DNA from: Tortispora ganteri
Taxonomy: Eukaryota
Length of the DNA: 64,000 bases
Assembly (NCBI GenBank): GCA_003707115.1
Contig: PPNB01000029.1
Span: 1 to 64,000 of the forward strand
Direction of reading: 5' to 3'
Translations under genes and position numbers: made by a program
Notes under the pieces: generated by a model
Database searches by the model: none
Told to the model about the DNA's origin: nothing
Seen by the model: only the letters and a program-made list of their open reading frames with translations
In this document: positions 29,935 through 40,600 of the stretch, piece by piece
Layout: each line of letters begins with the position of its first letter
Position numbering within the stretch: position 1 is the stretch's first letter

Positions 29935-32900
29935 TTATATATCCGAGAAAACAACTCTGAGTAGAACGTCGAATAAAGAGTACAGAATGTGCAGGTTGAG
30001 CTGTCTATTCTGCAGCGGCGCAAACACGCGGTGTGCAGCTCGTTCTCCTGCTTGCTGACCCATGATGTAGCCTAGGTTGCCCTCTATGGATTTAGATAGC
30101 GCCTCTAAGGTTTCTCTTTTGTTCGCTTGCAGCCGTTCTGGCTGGTCAGGGTCGGGAAACAGCGCCCGGTGTACGTTTTCGACGTAATCGGTAAGTCGGT
30201 CACTAGCCAGAGCCTGCTCAATCGCGCCCCGGACGCGTTTTTCGACTGTCCCCCCAAAAATCTGCTGGATCAATAGCGTGTTAGTGCGGCCCTTCAGCCA
30301 GCTTGCGTCAAAGATACTGTACAGAATATCAATCACAGACTTCAAAAACTGGTAGTTCTCATCGACTGCTTCGCTATCGGTCGCGCCTAGCAGCCCTTCT
30401 GTGTACGTCAGGTCCTCTGCACTCGAGTCTTCAGGGCCCAGCAGGGACTTCAGGATCTGGATCGGCGGCCGGTCAGCGTCTTTGTATGGCTCAAACCCAC
30501 CGTTGGCATGGTCCTCGTCCGCTGCGCGCTCCTTTTCATCTGTAGACATGAAAAACCGGAAGGGTTTGGATGCGCACACTCCGGGAATGCATAGTAACCC
30601 TTGTAAGTACTTCTCTAAGGCAGCACGACGGTTGTCCAGAAAAGGCCTCTGAAACTTCAAAACACTTTTCTTCGGGAAGTCAAGCCTCGATACTTCCGGA
30701 AACATCTCTTTAAGTGCTGAATTTAGAATATAGAACTGCCTGTATCGCCGCTTGACTGTCCACCTCACCACTGAGCCATCAGCGAGCTTGTGGGCTATAT
30801 GTATGTCATAAATAGCGTACTCGCTCATTCCACTGTCTATGACATTCACCGCAGCTATTTTCACTGAAGTATACACGTTAAGCTCAACGCTCTGTGCCTT
30901 CGATTCATACAGACCTTTCTGCATCTCCTTGAACTGTATCTCTCTCGAGATACTGGCAAATGATTTCCTTAGGTATTTCAGTTCGCTTTTGGAGTCCGTG
31001 ATCTCAGCCTTCTTGATAAGCGACTCGAGCACCTTTTTCTGCCCGTACAGGCTAGCAAGCGAATCTTCAAGGTCTTCTATAAGCTCCTTAAGACGCAGGT
31101 CACCCGGTAAAGGATTGTGCAAATGCGAAGGCACACCGGGTTGGGGTTGGGCTACTTTAGCGATATCGCTGTACTCGCCGTCAGCGTCTCCGTCGTCGTT
31201 CTCAACGTCACTAGAAACTTGATTGTCGTCAAAGAGCCCTACTTCATTAAACATCGAGGTCGCTTCGTTTCCAAACAAGTCTGGAGCCTCGCTGACGACC
31301 CGTTTATGCAAAGAGCGTTTCTGACCGGGTGTAGGCGACCTAGAATCCGGCCTAGGTGACCAAACAGCATTGCCGGACAGATTAGTATCTTCGTTTATAA
31401 TTGATGTCAGCTGGTTTTCTAATTCTTCAGAGTTTTCAGTCGATTTCAATGACAACGGGGTGGCAGGAGCCGACAGGTTCGAATCGATAGCCATTGGCGA
31501 TATAAGAGGGTCAGATTTTAGGCCCGCAAAAGAGTTGGACTGATGAATTGTCGGAGTTAGTTTCGATGTCATGAGTACTTGTGAAAAGAGGTCGGTCTCC
31601 TTGAAGTCTTGAAAATCTTTGTCGTTCATATGCTCGTAGACCAACGACTGCAGTGTGATAATAGCTTTTCTGGCGACCAAGTAGTCCTCTGGCGACTTGC
31701 TTATCATGAACTGTTCTACCTGTTTCTTTAAAGTCAAGGGCGGGTGGATCATTGGCGATCTGAAGTAGGTCGTGTAGATAGCTTCTATGTCGCTGACACC
31801 AGACATGTCGACAGGCTGTATGGTAGACTGCTCCAGGAGGTCCTCGTCGAGAGGGCTGCGAAATCCTTCAACTACAAGCCAAAATTGAACAAGCACTGAA
31901 CGTTTGCGTCTATCCATGAATTCTGTGAATGCCAATAGACCGGAAGAGTCTTGAAGGATATCCTTTAGGGTAACAAGGTTAGACTCATGAGATAGGTCTA
32001 TACTCTTTGACTGAGAGATGGACATGCTACCTGAAAGTTTTTTTAGTCGCTGGTCTATTATCCTTCTTGCGTATATGAGCCTACTGATGTAAGCTGCATC
32101 TTCAGTGGAGGACTGGCGACGACGCTCTTCCGAGAGGGCTACGCCGTAAAAGTGTTTTAATTTGCGTAGCTGAGCAATTGATGTGATTTCAGTGAGATTT
32201 CTTGTGACTTTTTCAAAGCTTTTATTTTCCATTTTAGGGTATATTCTTGCGATTTTGTACAGTTTCACGTCCTGCGTGTGTAATTCTAGAGCGCTTCTGA
32301 GTTTCTTGACGGTACGTTGTTCGTCGAGCGTTTTGCCGGCAAGGTTGAGTATGAGATTGTTCCAGACATTAGGATCTGCCAGCGCATTTAGCGTTGGAAA
32401 TATTACACCGCATGCAAGTATCTCGTTCACCAGGAACAAGGAGAAATCAGATGAGTATTGTTGTGGGAGTATTTTGCGTGTATATGGTAAGAGTTTTGCA
32501 GAGAGCCATTCTTTTTGTGAGGAGATGGAGCGTTTCTGAAGTGCCGGGTGAAGCTTGCCATTATTGTAGTGGTTGCATATAGCTTGGTCAAGTTCGAGCG
32601 ATTCAGTGAGAGAATCTGAATCGCCAAAGACCAAAGACTCAGCATAGGCGTATTCATGTATGTGGGTCGAGATTGGCGGCAGAAACTGACAGACTAGCGT
32701 AGAAGGCCAATCTATGCAAATAGCCTTAGCTGAGATATCTCTAAGAATTAAATGAAGAAGCGATTCGACGCTACGCGGGAAGAGGTCAGTGGAGGCGAAA
32801 GTTGTATGCCATGAAGCAACGAAAGATTGGACTATCTGCGATAGGAGGCGTGATAATGATGTGGATAAATAAAAAGATGATGGTACAATTATTGGCTGTT

Positions 32901-33120
32901 GTAACGATATATTAGGGACAATTTTTTTATTCCAGTTTGAAGTTAAGAGGAACTTAGGTGGTGGTTTAAGAAAATATGAGGATGTGAACAGGATATGACC
33001 TTTGTCGGATAGAAAATATAAGATCGAAAGTGATAAGATCAGCTGACAATAAAATAAAGTATTCTCAAAATTATAAATTAGTATTAATAGCAACAGAAGC
33101 AGCAACAGAAGACGGTTCAT
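29935..33120 (-). CDS. MDM1: PXA-RGS-PX-NexinC sorting nexin Mdm1
   Basis: N-terminal TM, PXA (FVASWH), RGS (FTEFMDRRKRSVLVQFWL) and PX (WTVKRRYRQFY.L...FPKK...RRAALEKYLQGL). Confidence 0.88.
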   Translation of the reverse strand: MNRLLLLLLLLLILIYNFENTLFYCQLILSLSILYFLSDKGHILFTSSYFLKPPPKFLLTSNWNKKIVPNISLQQPIIVPSSFYLSTSLSRLLSQIVQSFVASWHTTFASTDLFPRSVESLLHLILRDISAKAICIDWPSTLVCQFLPPISTHIHEYAYAESLVFGDSDSLTESLELDQAICNHYNNGKLHPALQKRSISSQKEWLSAKLLPYTRKILPQQYSSDFSLFLVNEILACGVIFPTLNALADPNVWNNLILNLAGKTLDEQRTVKKLRSALELHTQDVKLYKIARIYPKMENKSFEKVTRNLTEITSIAQLRKLKHFYGVALSEERRRQSSTEDAAYISRLIYARRIIDQRLKKLSGSMSISQSKSIDLSHESNLVTLKDILQDSSGLLAFTEFMDRRKRSVLVQFWLVVEGFRSPLDEDLLEQSTIQPVDMSGVSDIEAIYTTYFRSPMIHPPLTLKKQVEQFMISKSPEDYLVARKAIITLQSLVYEHMNDKDFQDFKETDLFSQVLMTSKLTPTIHQSNSFAGLKSDPLISPMAIDSNLSAPATPLSLKSTENSEELENQLTSIINEDTNLSGNAVWSPRPDSRSPTPGQKRSLHKRVVSEAPDLFGNEATSMFNEVGLFDDNQVSSDVENDDGDADGEYSDIAKVAQPQPGVPSHLHNPLPGDLRLKELIEDLEDSLASLYGQKKVLESLIKKAEITDSKSELKYLRKSFASISREIQFKEMQKGLYESKAQSVELNVYTSVKIAAVNVIDSGMSEYAIYDIHIAHKLADGSVVRWTVKRRYRQFYILNSALKEMFPEVSRLDFPKKSVLKFQRPFLDNRRAALEKYLQGLLCIPGVCASKPFRFFMSTDEKERAADEDHANGGFEPYKDADRPPIQILKSLLGPEDSSAEDLTYTEGLLGATDSEAVDENYQFLKSVIDILYSIFDASWLKGRTNTLLIQQIFGGTVEKRVRGAIEQALASDRLTDYVENVHRALFPDPDQPERLQANKRETLEALSKSIEGNLGYIMGQQAGERAAHRVFAPLQNRQLNLHILYSLFDVLLRVVFSDI

Positions 33121-33228
33121 GGAGGTGTTTGAGGGTGAATAGACAGGAGTGGAGGATTTGACTTTCGACAACAAGGGTTCCCTTTCTTTTAATTGTTTGG
33201 TTATATTTTTTTTTTTTATTATTGATTA

Positions 33229-35460
33229 ATGGAAAAGTCTTTAAAGGAAGTTACAAAGGGTATTGATCCTGTTATTTCTAATTATGCAAATGGATATTTA
33301 GAGTATATTCATCAAAATCTTGAAGATATAAAGAATTCAGATATTATAGACAAAGAGATTGATTTTATCAAAATTGTACTACAAAGCTCTGGATGCGATA
33401 TTAAAAAATTAGAAAAATTATGCAGTGAATATTCTACAAAATTAAAATCTGAATTTGATTCAAAAATTGCATTAAAAACTTCTACAAATAAACAACTAAA
33501 ACAATCTTTAGTAATAGGATCGCAAAGAGTAACAAATGCATCTGCTCTATTAGGTCACTCAACTGATCTCGATGCAATCTCAGGAAAAAGAATAAAATCT
33601 CAAGTCGATAAGAAAAAATTAGCAAAAGCAGAAAAGAAAATTAGAGCTAAAATGGAAAAACGTGAAAATGAAAGCAAAATTTCAGTCGCTTATGAATCCT
33701 CAAAACTCCTCAATGAGTCTGATGAAGATTATGATGACTTCTTTAAAACAGTCAACCCTTATCAATCTTCATCTGCCCGTGCAAAATCAAAGGATGTTAA
33801 AATTGACTCTTTCGACCTTTATGTTGGAAACGGCCTGCGTATCCTCTCGGGAGCTCAACTCATCCTCGCCCATGGCCACCGCTATGGTCTCGTCGGTCAC
33901 AACGGTATAGGCAAATCTAGTCTCCTCAAGGCTCTCTCACGCCGTGAACTGCCTATTCCGGAAAATATCACTATTCTTCATGTCGAGCAGGAAGTCCGTG
34001 GAGATGCTGTCCCGGCGCTCCAATCAGTACTCGACGCTGACGTCTGGAGAAAACACTTCCTGCAAGAACAGGCAGTCATTACTGCTCGTCTAAGTGAACT
34101 CGAATCTGCTCAAGACGAAGCTGAAAATGATTCTCTTGCCCAGAAAATACGCGACGACGAAATCCAGGAACTTCAGGAGTCTCTCAACGTTATACATGAA
34201 AACCTTGCAGACATGGATGCTGACACTGCTGAATCCCGCGCTGCCACTATCTTATCCGGCTTAGGTTTCTCTGTTGAAGCACAAAGCAAGCCAACGAATC
34301 AGTTTTCTGGTGGTTGGCGTATGCGTCTGGCTTTGGCTAGAGCTCTATTCTGCAAACCAGATTTATTGCTTCTTGATGAACCTTCTAACATGTTAGACGT
34401 CCCATCAATTACATTCTTGGCCGACTACCTGCAAACATACCCCGGCACAGTTCTTATTGTTTCTCACGATCGTGCATTCCTCAACGATGTCGCTACAGAT
34501 ATAATTCATCAGCACTCTGAACGCCTCGATTATTACCGTGGCTGCGACTTTGATCGCTTCTATGCATCAAAGGAAGAACGCCGCAAGAACCAACAAAGAG
34601 AATACGACAATCAAATGGCCTACAGAAAGCACCTGCAGACATTCATTGACAAGTTTCGCTACAATGCTGCAAAGTCTTCAGAGGCTCAGAGCAGAATAAA
34701 AAAGCTCGAAAAACTCCCTGTTTTGGAACCTCCAGAAGAAGAGCAGGAGTTCAAGTTCAGATTTACTGAGGTTGAGAAGCTGTCGCCGCCGATTATTCAA
34801 CTTCAAGACGTCACTTTTGGCTACGTTCCAAATAAAGCCATTGTGAGAGATGTTGATTTGAGCATTCAGTTAGATTCTAGAATTGCGTTAGTAGGTGGAA
34901 ACGGAAGTGGTAAAACCACCTTACTGCGACTGCTTATCGGTCAACTTGAAGCTTCTAAGGGCCAGATTTCTCGAAATGGTCGTCTAAGAATTGGCTACTT
35001 TGCGCAACATCATGTTGATCAAATGGACTTGAACCTCTCTGCAGTTTCGTGGCTTGCCAAAGTGTGGCCTGGCAAGTCTGATGAAGAGTACCGCCGACAT
35101 TTGGGATCCTTTGGAATCACAGGTACACTTGGCGTTCAGAAACTAGAGCTACTTTCGGGAGGTCAAAAATCAAGAGTGGCATTTGCCTGTCTTTGCCTGA
35201 ACCAACCGCACATATTAGTATTAGATGAGCCTTCTAACCATCTTGACACTGCCGGTCTGGATGCACTTGCAGATGCATTGAAGAAGTTCGAAGGAGGCGT
35301 ACTCATGGTATCACACGATGTTACGCTGATTTCACAAGTTTGCAACGATATTTGGTCGTGCGAAGATGGTCATGTTAACCACTTTGATGGAGATATCTTT
35401 GACTACAAGAAATACATTCTATCTAAAGCTGGAAGTTCGGGAATTGTTGTTCAACATTAG
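33229..35460 (+). CDS. GCN20: ABCF ATPase Gcn20
   Basis: Two ABC domains with no TM (YGLVGHNGIGKS, FSGGWRMRLALARALF, LSGGQKSRVAFA). Gcn1-binding N-terminus (IDPVISNYANGYL). Confidence 0.95.
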   Translation: MEKSLKEVTKGIDPVISNYANGYLEYIHQNLEDIKNSDIIDKEIDFIKIVLQSSGCDIKKLEKLCSEYSTKLKSEFDSKIALKTSTNKQLKQSLVIGSQRVTNASALLGHSTDLDAISGKRIKSQVDKKKLAKAEKKIRAKMEKRENESKISVAYESSKLLNESDEDYDDFFKTVNPYQSSSARAKSKDVKIDSFDLYVGNGLRILSGAQLILAHGHRYGLVGHNGIGKSSLLKALSRRELPIPENITILHVEQEVRGDAVPALQSVLDADVWRKHFLQEQAVITARLSELESAQDEAENDSLAQKIRDDEIQELQESLNVIHENLADMDADTAESRAATILSGLGFSVEAQSKPTNQFSGGWRMRLALARALFCKPDLLLLDEPSNMLDVPSITFLADYLQTYPGTVLIVSHDRAFLNDVATDIIHQHSERLDYYRGCDFDRFYASKEERRKNQQREYDNQMAYRKHLQTFIDKFRYNAAKSSEAQSRIKKLEKLPVLEPPEEEQEFKFRFTEVEKLSPPIIQLQDVTFGYVPNKAIVRDVDLSIQLDSRIALVGGNGSGKTTLLRLLIGQLEASKGQISRNGRLRIGYFAQHHVDQMDLNLSAVSWLAKVWPGKSDEEYRRHLGSFGITGTLGVQKLELLSGGQKSRVAFACLCLNQPHILVLDEPSNHLDTAGLDALADALKKFEGGVLMVSHDVTLISQVCNDIWSCEDGHVNHFDGDIFDYKKYILSKAGSSGIVVQH

Positions 35461-35559
35461 CGTTTTTCTAAACCGGGATTACAGTATCTTAGGACACGGA
35501 AAAAAAAAAATAAGAGAATAATATCAATCATGCTTCGTCTTCTCTGTAATTATTCGTAT

Positions 35560-36444
35560 TTATGAGTCGACAGTAGCGCAAGTCTCCCAGGTGCCTTGTA
35601 TTGATTCTTTCCAAAGAGTGACTTTGTTGTCTCCGCCGCTCACCGCAAGGATGTTACCAGAAAGCGACCAGCTGACACGCCATAACGCGTCAGAAAACTT
35701 CTCTTGCTGAAGAGGTCGCTGTACCCATTCGTTGTCACCTTCTTGTGTCCATATGAGCACGGTTTTATCTTGAGAGGCAGAGGCAATGTAAGATTTAGGA
35801 AACACAGAAGCAGACCATGCGATATCTCTGACCCAGTCAGTGTGACCCTTAAGAACAGCCTCTTCGACATATCTATCTTGCTCTTCATTAAATGACCAGA
35901 TTTTTATAGTGTTGTCGCAGCCTCCAGTCGAGAACCTGCGAATAGGCTGGGAACCGGTGCCCCTGACCATTCCTGCAGATGGATCCCAGGTGGCAGTATT
36001 GCAGCCGGTCGGGTGGGCGACGACCATTGAAGAGTCAATAGATCCATCGTCTTTGAACTCTACAATTGATACGTTTCCATCTGAGCTGGCGCACAGCAGC
36101 AAAGCGCCGAGCTCATGGGGTGCCCACTGGACAGAGTTTACAGACGCCTGGTGAGAAGTATACTCTGAAATGAGAGACCAACGGCCGTTGTCGTCTCTCC
36201 AGATAAGTACTTTTCCATCGTAGCCAGCGGAAGCTAGGATTGTCCCAAACCGAGGATGCGCCCAGGCGACCTGCCATACAGGGCCGTCATGACCCCTCAA
36301 AGTCTCCTCTAGTCTATGATTATTGCCGTCAACAGCGAATATTTTAATCGTTCGGTCAGAAGAACACGTAGCAAGCCTCTTTCCGTAATAGTCCAGGACT
36401 GCATCATGGACCATATCCTCATGCAGATTAGTGTAGGTAGTCAT
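35560..36444 (-). CDS. SEC13: WD40 COPII/nucleoporin subunit Sec13
   Basis: [37 protein letters not shown] and [23 protein letters not shown]. Confidence 0.98.
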   Translation of the reverse strand: MTTYTNLHEDMVHDAVLDYYGKRLATCSSDRTIKIFAVDGNNHRLEETLRGHDGPVWQVAWAHPRFGTILASAGYDGKVLIWRDDNGRWSLISEYTSHQASVNSVQWAPHELGALLLCASSDGNVSIVEFKDDGSIDSSMVVAHPTGCNTATWDPSAGMVRGTGSQPIRRFSTGGCDNTIKIWSFNEEQDRYVEEAVLKGHTDWVRDIAWSASVFPKSYIASASQDKTVLIWTQEGDNEWVQRPLQQEKFSDALWRVSWSLSGNILAVSGGDNKVTLWKESIQGTWETCATVDS

Positions 36445-36619
36445 TATAATTTATAGACACGTCGAAAGGTGAAGAGCGTCTACGTAGTTGCTGGGTACCA
36501 GTGTAGTCAGATTGACCAATCACAGGTCACAAATGTACATAATCTACTTCCTATTGGTTGGTTGCACAGCAATTATGGCTTTCATTCTAATATATCAGTG
36601 ACAGTACAATCTGCCGCCT

Positions 36620-39490
36620 CTATTTATTCGATGCCAGCTTCATTACTGTTTCACGTCGGCCAGTATTCTCGTTTGCCTTAGTGGAGATCTCGACAGCCAC
36701 TTTTCCGAAGACCGTATACTTCGTTTCACTAGGCAAACCCTTGTTAACAGTTAAAGAAAACTGCTCAGAATCATATTCATCGGTATCTGGGGCGCAATTC
36801 AGTTTATCTAAAGTTATAATTCCTTCTATACCAAATCGCGGAACCACAACAGCAATGCCATTTGCAAACACTTTCATTATTCTTGCCTCTTCGACAATTG
36901 CGTGACCCTTAAGGCTCTTGCCAACATAGAACTCAATAGATGCACGTCCTGCGATTTGCGCGTTCCTGTGACGCACATTAATATTGTCGCATATTAGCAT
37001 GAGTCTGGACTTATCAATAAGACTGCTATCAGCGGGCTCATAGCCAATTGCAGCGGCTAGTTCTCGGTGAGCAATGATGTCCGCATACCTTCTGATAGGA
37101 CTCGTGAAATGCGTGTATATTTCAGAGGCAAGACCGTAGTGACGGAATTCGACATAATCGACTTGACCGCTTGCAAAATACTGCGCTGACATCATACACC
37201 TAGTCGCCATAATCCTAGCGAGTGTGTTAAAATACGGATCATTCGCGTCTATGCATTTGTCCAGAGAATCTGCTATCGCCTTAGACGATTTAGTAGACAA
37301 TTTCAACCCTTTGAGCTTTTTCAGCTCCTTAGAGAACTCTTCGAACCGAGATTCAGGGGGCGCCTGATGTCTTCGCAACATGGCAGTTTGAGGGAATGCT
37401 TCGTAGATGCGTCTGGCGACACTGATGTTCGCCAGCAACATGAACTCCTCGACTAAGGAGTTGGTCTCCTTGAGTTCTTTAACTTCAACCCCTGTAGGAT
37501 CATTCTGCTCGTTTTCCAGTCGAACTGATACTTCAGGGCTCGCAAGATTAAGGGCACCAGCGTCAATACGACGCTTTTTGAGCTGTTTCGATAGTTTCAG
37601 CAGCATTCTCATAGACTGGGTGAGTTCGTCGTTATTAGAAGTTTCGTCAATTCTTTTTTGTGCCTCGTCGTAACTAAAGGCGTTGACACTTTTGATTACA
37701 GATTTTGTAAACTTAGTGTTCACTATTTCGGCATCAGGCGTGAGTTCCCATATGACGGAGAACGCAAATCTTTCAACGCGAGGTTTCAGGGAACACAGAT
37801 CTGTACCAAGCAGCATAGGAAGCATGTCTATGCGCTTGTCCACTAGGTATACTGTAGTTCCTCTGGCAGCGGCTTCGTTGTCCATAGGAGTTCGTGGCTT
37901 GACAAAATGTGTAACATCTGCAATGTGCACGCCGCATTCGTAGTTGCCGTTCGGTAGCATCCGCGCATGTAGAGCGTCGTCTATATCTTGACATCCTGGC
38001 GGGTCAATGCTGCAGATCTGCAGGTTTCTCAGGTCTTCTCGCTTGTTCCAGAGCGGATCCGACTTTGATTCCGGCACGCGCCAATCATGCCCTTCTTTTG
38101 GCAAACAATCCAGCACTGCTTGGCTGAATGGTTGGTATTGCACATCATTTTCCAGTAAAATTGCTTCTGTTTCTGCGTCCTGGTCCTCCATTGGGCCTAG
38201 ATCACGAATGAAGTGACCGTCTGGATAGCGCGAGTCGATATCCCATACGTCAGGCATGACCAGGATCCGATGTCCAACGAGTGAGCCGGCCTGACGCGTG
38301 CGGACGCGAATTTTAGGTATTTTTCTGTCCATTGGTGTAACTAGCACGTTTGTAATTCCGTGAAAAGTAGGGTTCAATATGTCTGGAGTCGATCTGACGT
38401 CGATATGGCCGACATATTGGCGCCAGTTGCGTTTAACGATACCTACTACTTTTCCAGTCGGTTTCTTGGAAATATTGGGATCTGATCGCAGATATTCGTC
38501 AGAGTCATCCTCTTCAGTGTCTTTTACGGCATCTAAAGTCACGAGCTCTGTTTTCCATTCTGATTGCGGCAGTATTTCTACAGCGACAATATCATCATTG
38601 AAAGCCCTATTCAGGTTGTCTTTACCTACTATGAGGATGGTGTCGTCACGGTCGCTGCTGTAAATGTGGCCTTCGTTAGAGTTGTAGTGGCTGATATGGA
38701 GCTTTCCCTGTATTAGCTGGCCAGATTTGATACCTCCTAAGACCTTTGAAGTAGGGAAGTATTCGCTGAAGTAGACAGTGCTATTTGGGTTCTTCTTTGT
38801 AGTTGGCTGACTTCGTAGCATCGAGTCCAGGAGAGAGTCTGTACCGGAGAATTGGGGAATATATTCCGATAGTGGAAGCGCGGTAAAAGACGAATCAGTA
38901 GTTTGTATAGGTCCAGCGGACACCACGACGATGTTGACATTCGGGATGTGCTTAGCGTACCAGGATGCGGCTGCAAGGACGGATCTGAAGCCGTACTGGT
39001 CGAAAGTCTCTGTTGGTTGTTTGGCAACAAATGAGGGCTTATGGAACATGTTATGAAAAACTATGAACCGCTTGTTGTTAGCGGCTATGACTGACTTGAG
39101 CCGGCGGTAGAGAGGCGTGCTAACGCTGCGAAGCTGTTCGAGAACAGATTGTAGGATAATGACATCGTAGAAGAGCTTTGAAGACTCAAAGCAATCCATT
39201 GCCTGTGTAAACGCAGACAAATCAGGTATGACATAATGAGGGCCAAGTGATTCGGTAGAAGGCGGTGATGCAGAGAGGGTGGCGAGCATTGGGCTGGATC
39301 CAGGAAGAGCGATAGAGAGATCAGTGTTGCAGCTACTGCATAAGATTGAGCGGCAAGGAATATCAGTACGCAGATATTGCTCGCGTACTATCTTGACACA
39401 TTTTCCCTTAATAGATTTAAGACTAATATGGTCTAGCTGTGAGGCTGAGTCCGAGGCCATAGAGACCTGGAATTTTCGCTTCGAAGGCAT
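36620..39490 (-). CDS. DIS3: Exosome catalytic subunit Dis3/Rrp44
   Basis: KIVREQYLRTDIPC (CR3), PIN fold, CSDs, RNB site SIDPPGCQDIDDALH and YTHFTSPIRRY. Start MPSKRK. Confidence 0.96.
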   Translation of the reverse strand: MPSKRKFQVSMASDSASQLDHISLKSIKGKCVKIVREQYLRTDIPCRSILCSSCNTDLSIALPGSSPMLATLSASPPSTESLGPHYVIPDLSAFTQAMDCFESSKLFYDVIILQSVLEQLRSVSTPLYRRLKSVIAANNKRFIVFHNMFHKPSFVAKQPTETFDQYGFRSVLAAASWYAKHIPNVNIVVVSAGPIQTTDSSFTALPLSEYIPQFSGTDSLLDSMLRSQPTTKKNPNSTVYFSEYFPTSKVLGGIKSGQLIQGKLHISHYNSNEGHIYSSDRDDTILIVGKDNLNRAFNDDIVAVEILPQSEWKTELVTLDAVKDTEEDDSDEYLRSDPNISKKPTGKVVGIVKRNWRQYVGHIDVRSTPDILNPTFHGITNVLVTPMDRKIPKIRVRTRQAGSLVGHRILVMPDVWDIDSRYPDGHFIRDLGPMEDQDAETEAILLENDVQYQPFSQAVLDCLPKEGHDWRVPESKSDPLWNKREDLRNLQICSIDPPGCQDIDDALHARMLPNGNYECGVHIADVTHFVKPRTPMDNEAAARGTTVYLVDKRIDMLPMLLGTDLCSLKPRVERFAFSVIWELTPDAEIVNTKFTKSVIKSVNAFSYDEAQKRIDETSNNDELTQSMRMLLKLSKQLKKRRIDAGALNLASPEVSVRLENEQNDPTGVEVKELKETNSLVEEFMLLANISVARRIYEAFPQTAMLRRHQAPPESRFEEFSKELKKLKGLKLSTKSSKAIADSLDKCIDANDPYFNTLARIMATRCMMSAQYFASGQVDYVEFRHYGLASEIYTHFTSPIRRYADIIAHRELAAAIGYEPADSSLIDKSRLMLICDNINVRHRNAQIAGRASIEFYVGKSLKGHAIVEEARIMKVFANGIAVVVPRFGIEGIITLDKLNCAPDTDEYDSEQFSLTVNKGLPSETKYTVFGKVAVEISTKANENTGRRETVMKLASNK

Positions 39491-39660
39491 ATTGGTTGAG
39501 AGAAAAGTTGCAATTAAAGTTTCTACGTAGTCAATATTTTGGCGTTGGATCCAGCTGATGGTGGAACACACACACACACACACTCACTCACTGACACCCT
39601 TTGTCGCGCCAAAAACCGCCATAAAACGTCATAAACCACTACTGGATACACTAAAACTAA

Positions 39661-40350
39661 ATGAGCGAACGTCAAAAAATTGACGAACAGGGTGAAAAGA
39701 AGATATTGCCGAATGGGCAACTGATAGAGCGCGAGTACTGTGTTCCAACGTTCGAGGTACCGTCGCTGAAGAACACACGAGTTATGCTCGCCGAAAACGT
39801 CATGGAAGTCGTGAGGACGAGGTCTGGCGACGACATTGATCTCAACGAGCTTGAATCAAAGGGAGAACTACATGTAGCATCGCTGGAAGATAAAGTGTAC
39901 ATGATAGGCGCGGGATTTGTGTCACCGATGCGCATTGAGGACAGGATTGTTATACTACCTGCCAGGTCTGCGTTCAAACAGTTTGGCCACTTGATCGTAG
40001 CACAGGGCCGGCCAGTGATTGACGATTATTATTGCGAGGAAAAGTCTAACGAATCTGGTCCTGTGATTCGGCCACTCAATTCCGCTAGCGATAGCTTTCG
40101 AAATAGATACGCTCTGCTACAAGGGACTCCATACGAGCCATCGTACACTCCCCTGCGCGGTTTGCAGCTCGAAGAGATGGTTAAGAATTCTTCAGAATAT
40201 AACAAGGCCCTTTTAGCACAAAAAAACAGACGTGAAGACCTCGCTATTGAGTTCTGGAGATCAGCTGTCCTGGACAATGACCCGCGCGAGTTCAAGTCAC
40301 CTGGGAGATCCAACGTTGCATCACTCTCGGACGCATCAGGTTCACCATAG
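39661..40350 (+). CDS. NPL6: RSC/SWI-SNF subunit of the Rsc7(Npl6)/Swp82 family, compact form
   Basis: DEQGEKKILPNGQL..REY..PTF and ARSAFKQFG..IVAQGRPVIDDYY CRC-subunit motifs. Confidence 0.72.
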   Translation: MSERQKIDEQGEKKILPNGQLIEREYCVPTFEVPSLKNTRVMLAENVMEVVRTRSGDDIDLNELESKGELHVASLEDKVYMIGAGFVSPMRIEDRIVILPARSAFKQFGHLIVAQGRPVIDDYYCEEKSNESGPVIRPLNSASDSFRNRYALLQGTPYEPSYTPLRGLQLEEMVKNSSEYNKALLAQKNRREDLAIEFWRSAVLDNDPREFKSPGRSNVASLSDASGSP

Positions 40351-40600
40351 ATTTACGGCAACTAACTGCAAGATTTTAATTCTTTTCCACATTGCCTCGT
40401 GTTTAATTTTATATTGACTTTCTAGGCCGTTATGGCTGCTTGTTCGCCTACGCTTACTACCTGCAGAAAACCAAGCAGCTGGACTGATTGTCCCAAAACA
40501 GTAAGTGCGGCGCGATTTGAACTTTGGGACTTTAAAATACTTTCGCGAAAGACTTTTCCATCCCGTATATCCCTGCATCGCTGAAAAAGAAAAACCAGCC

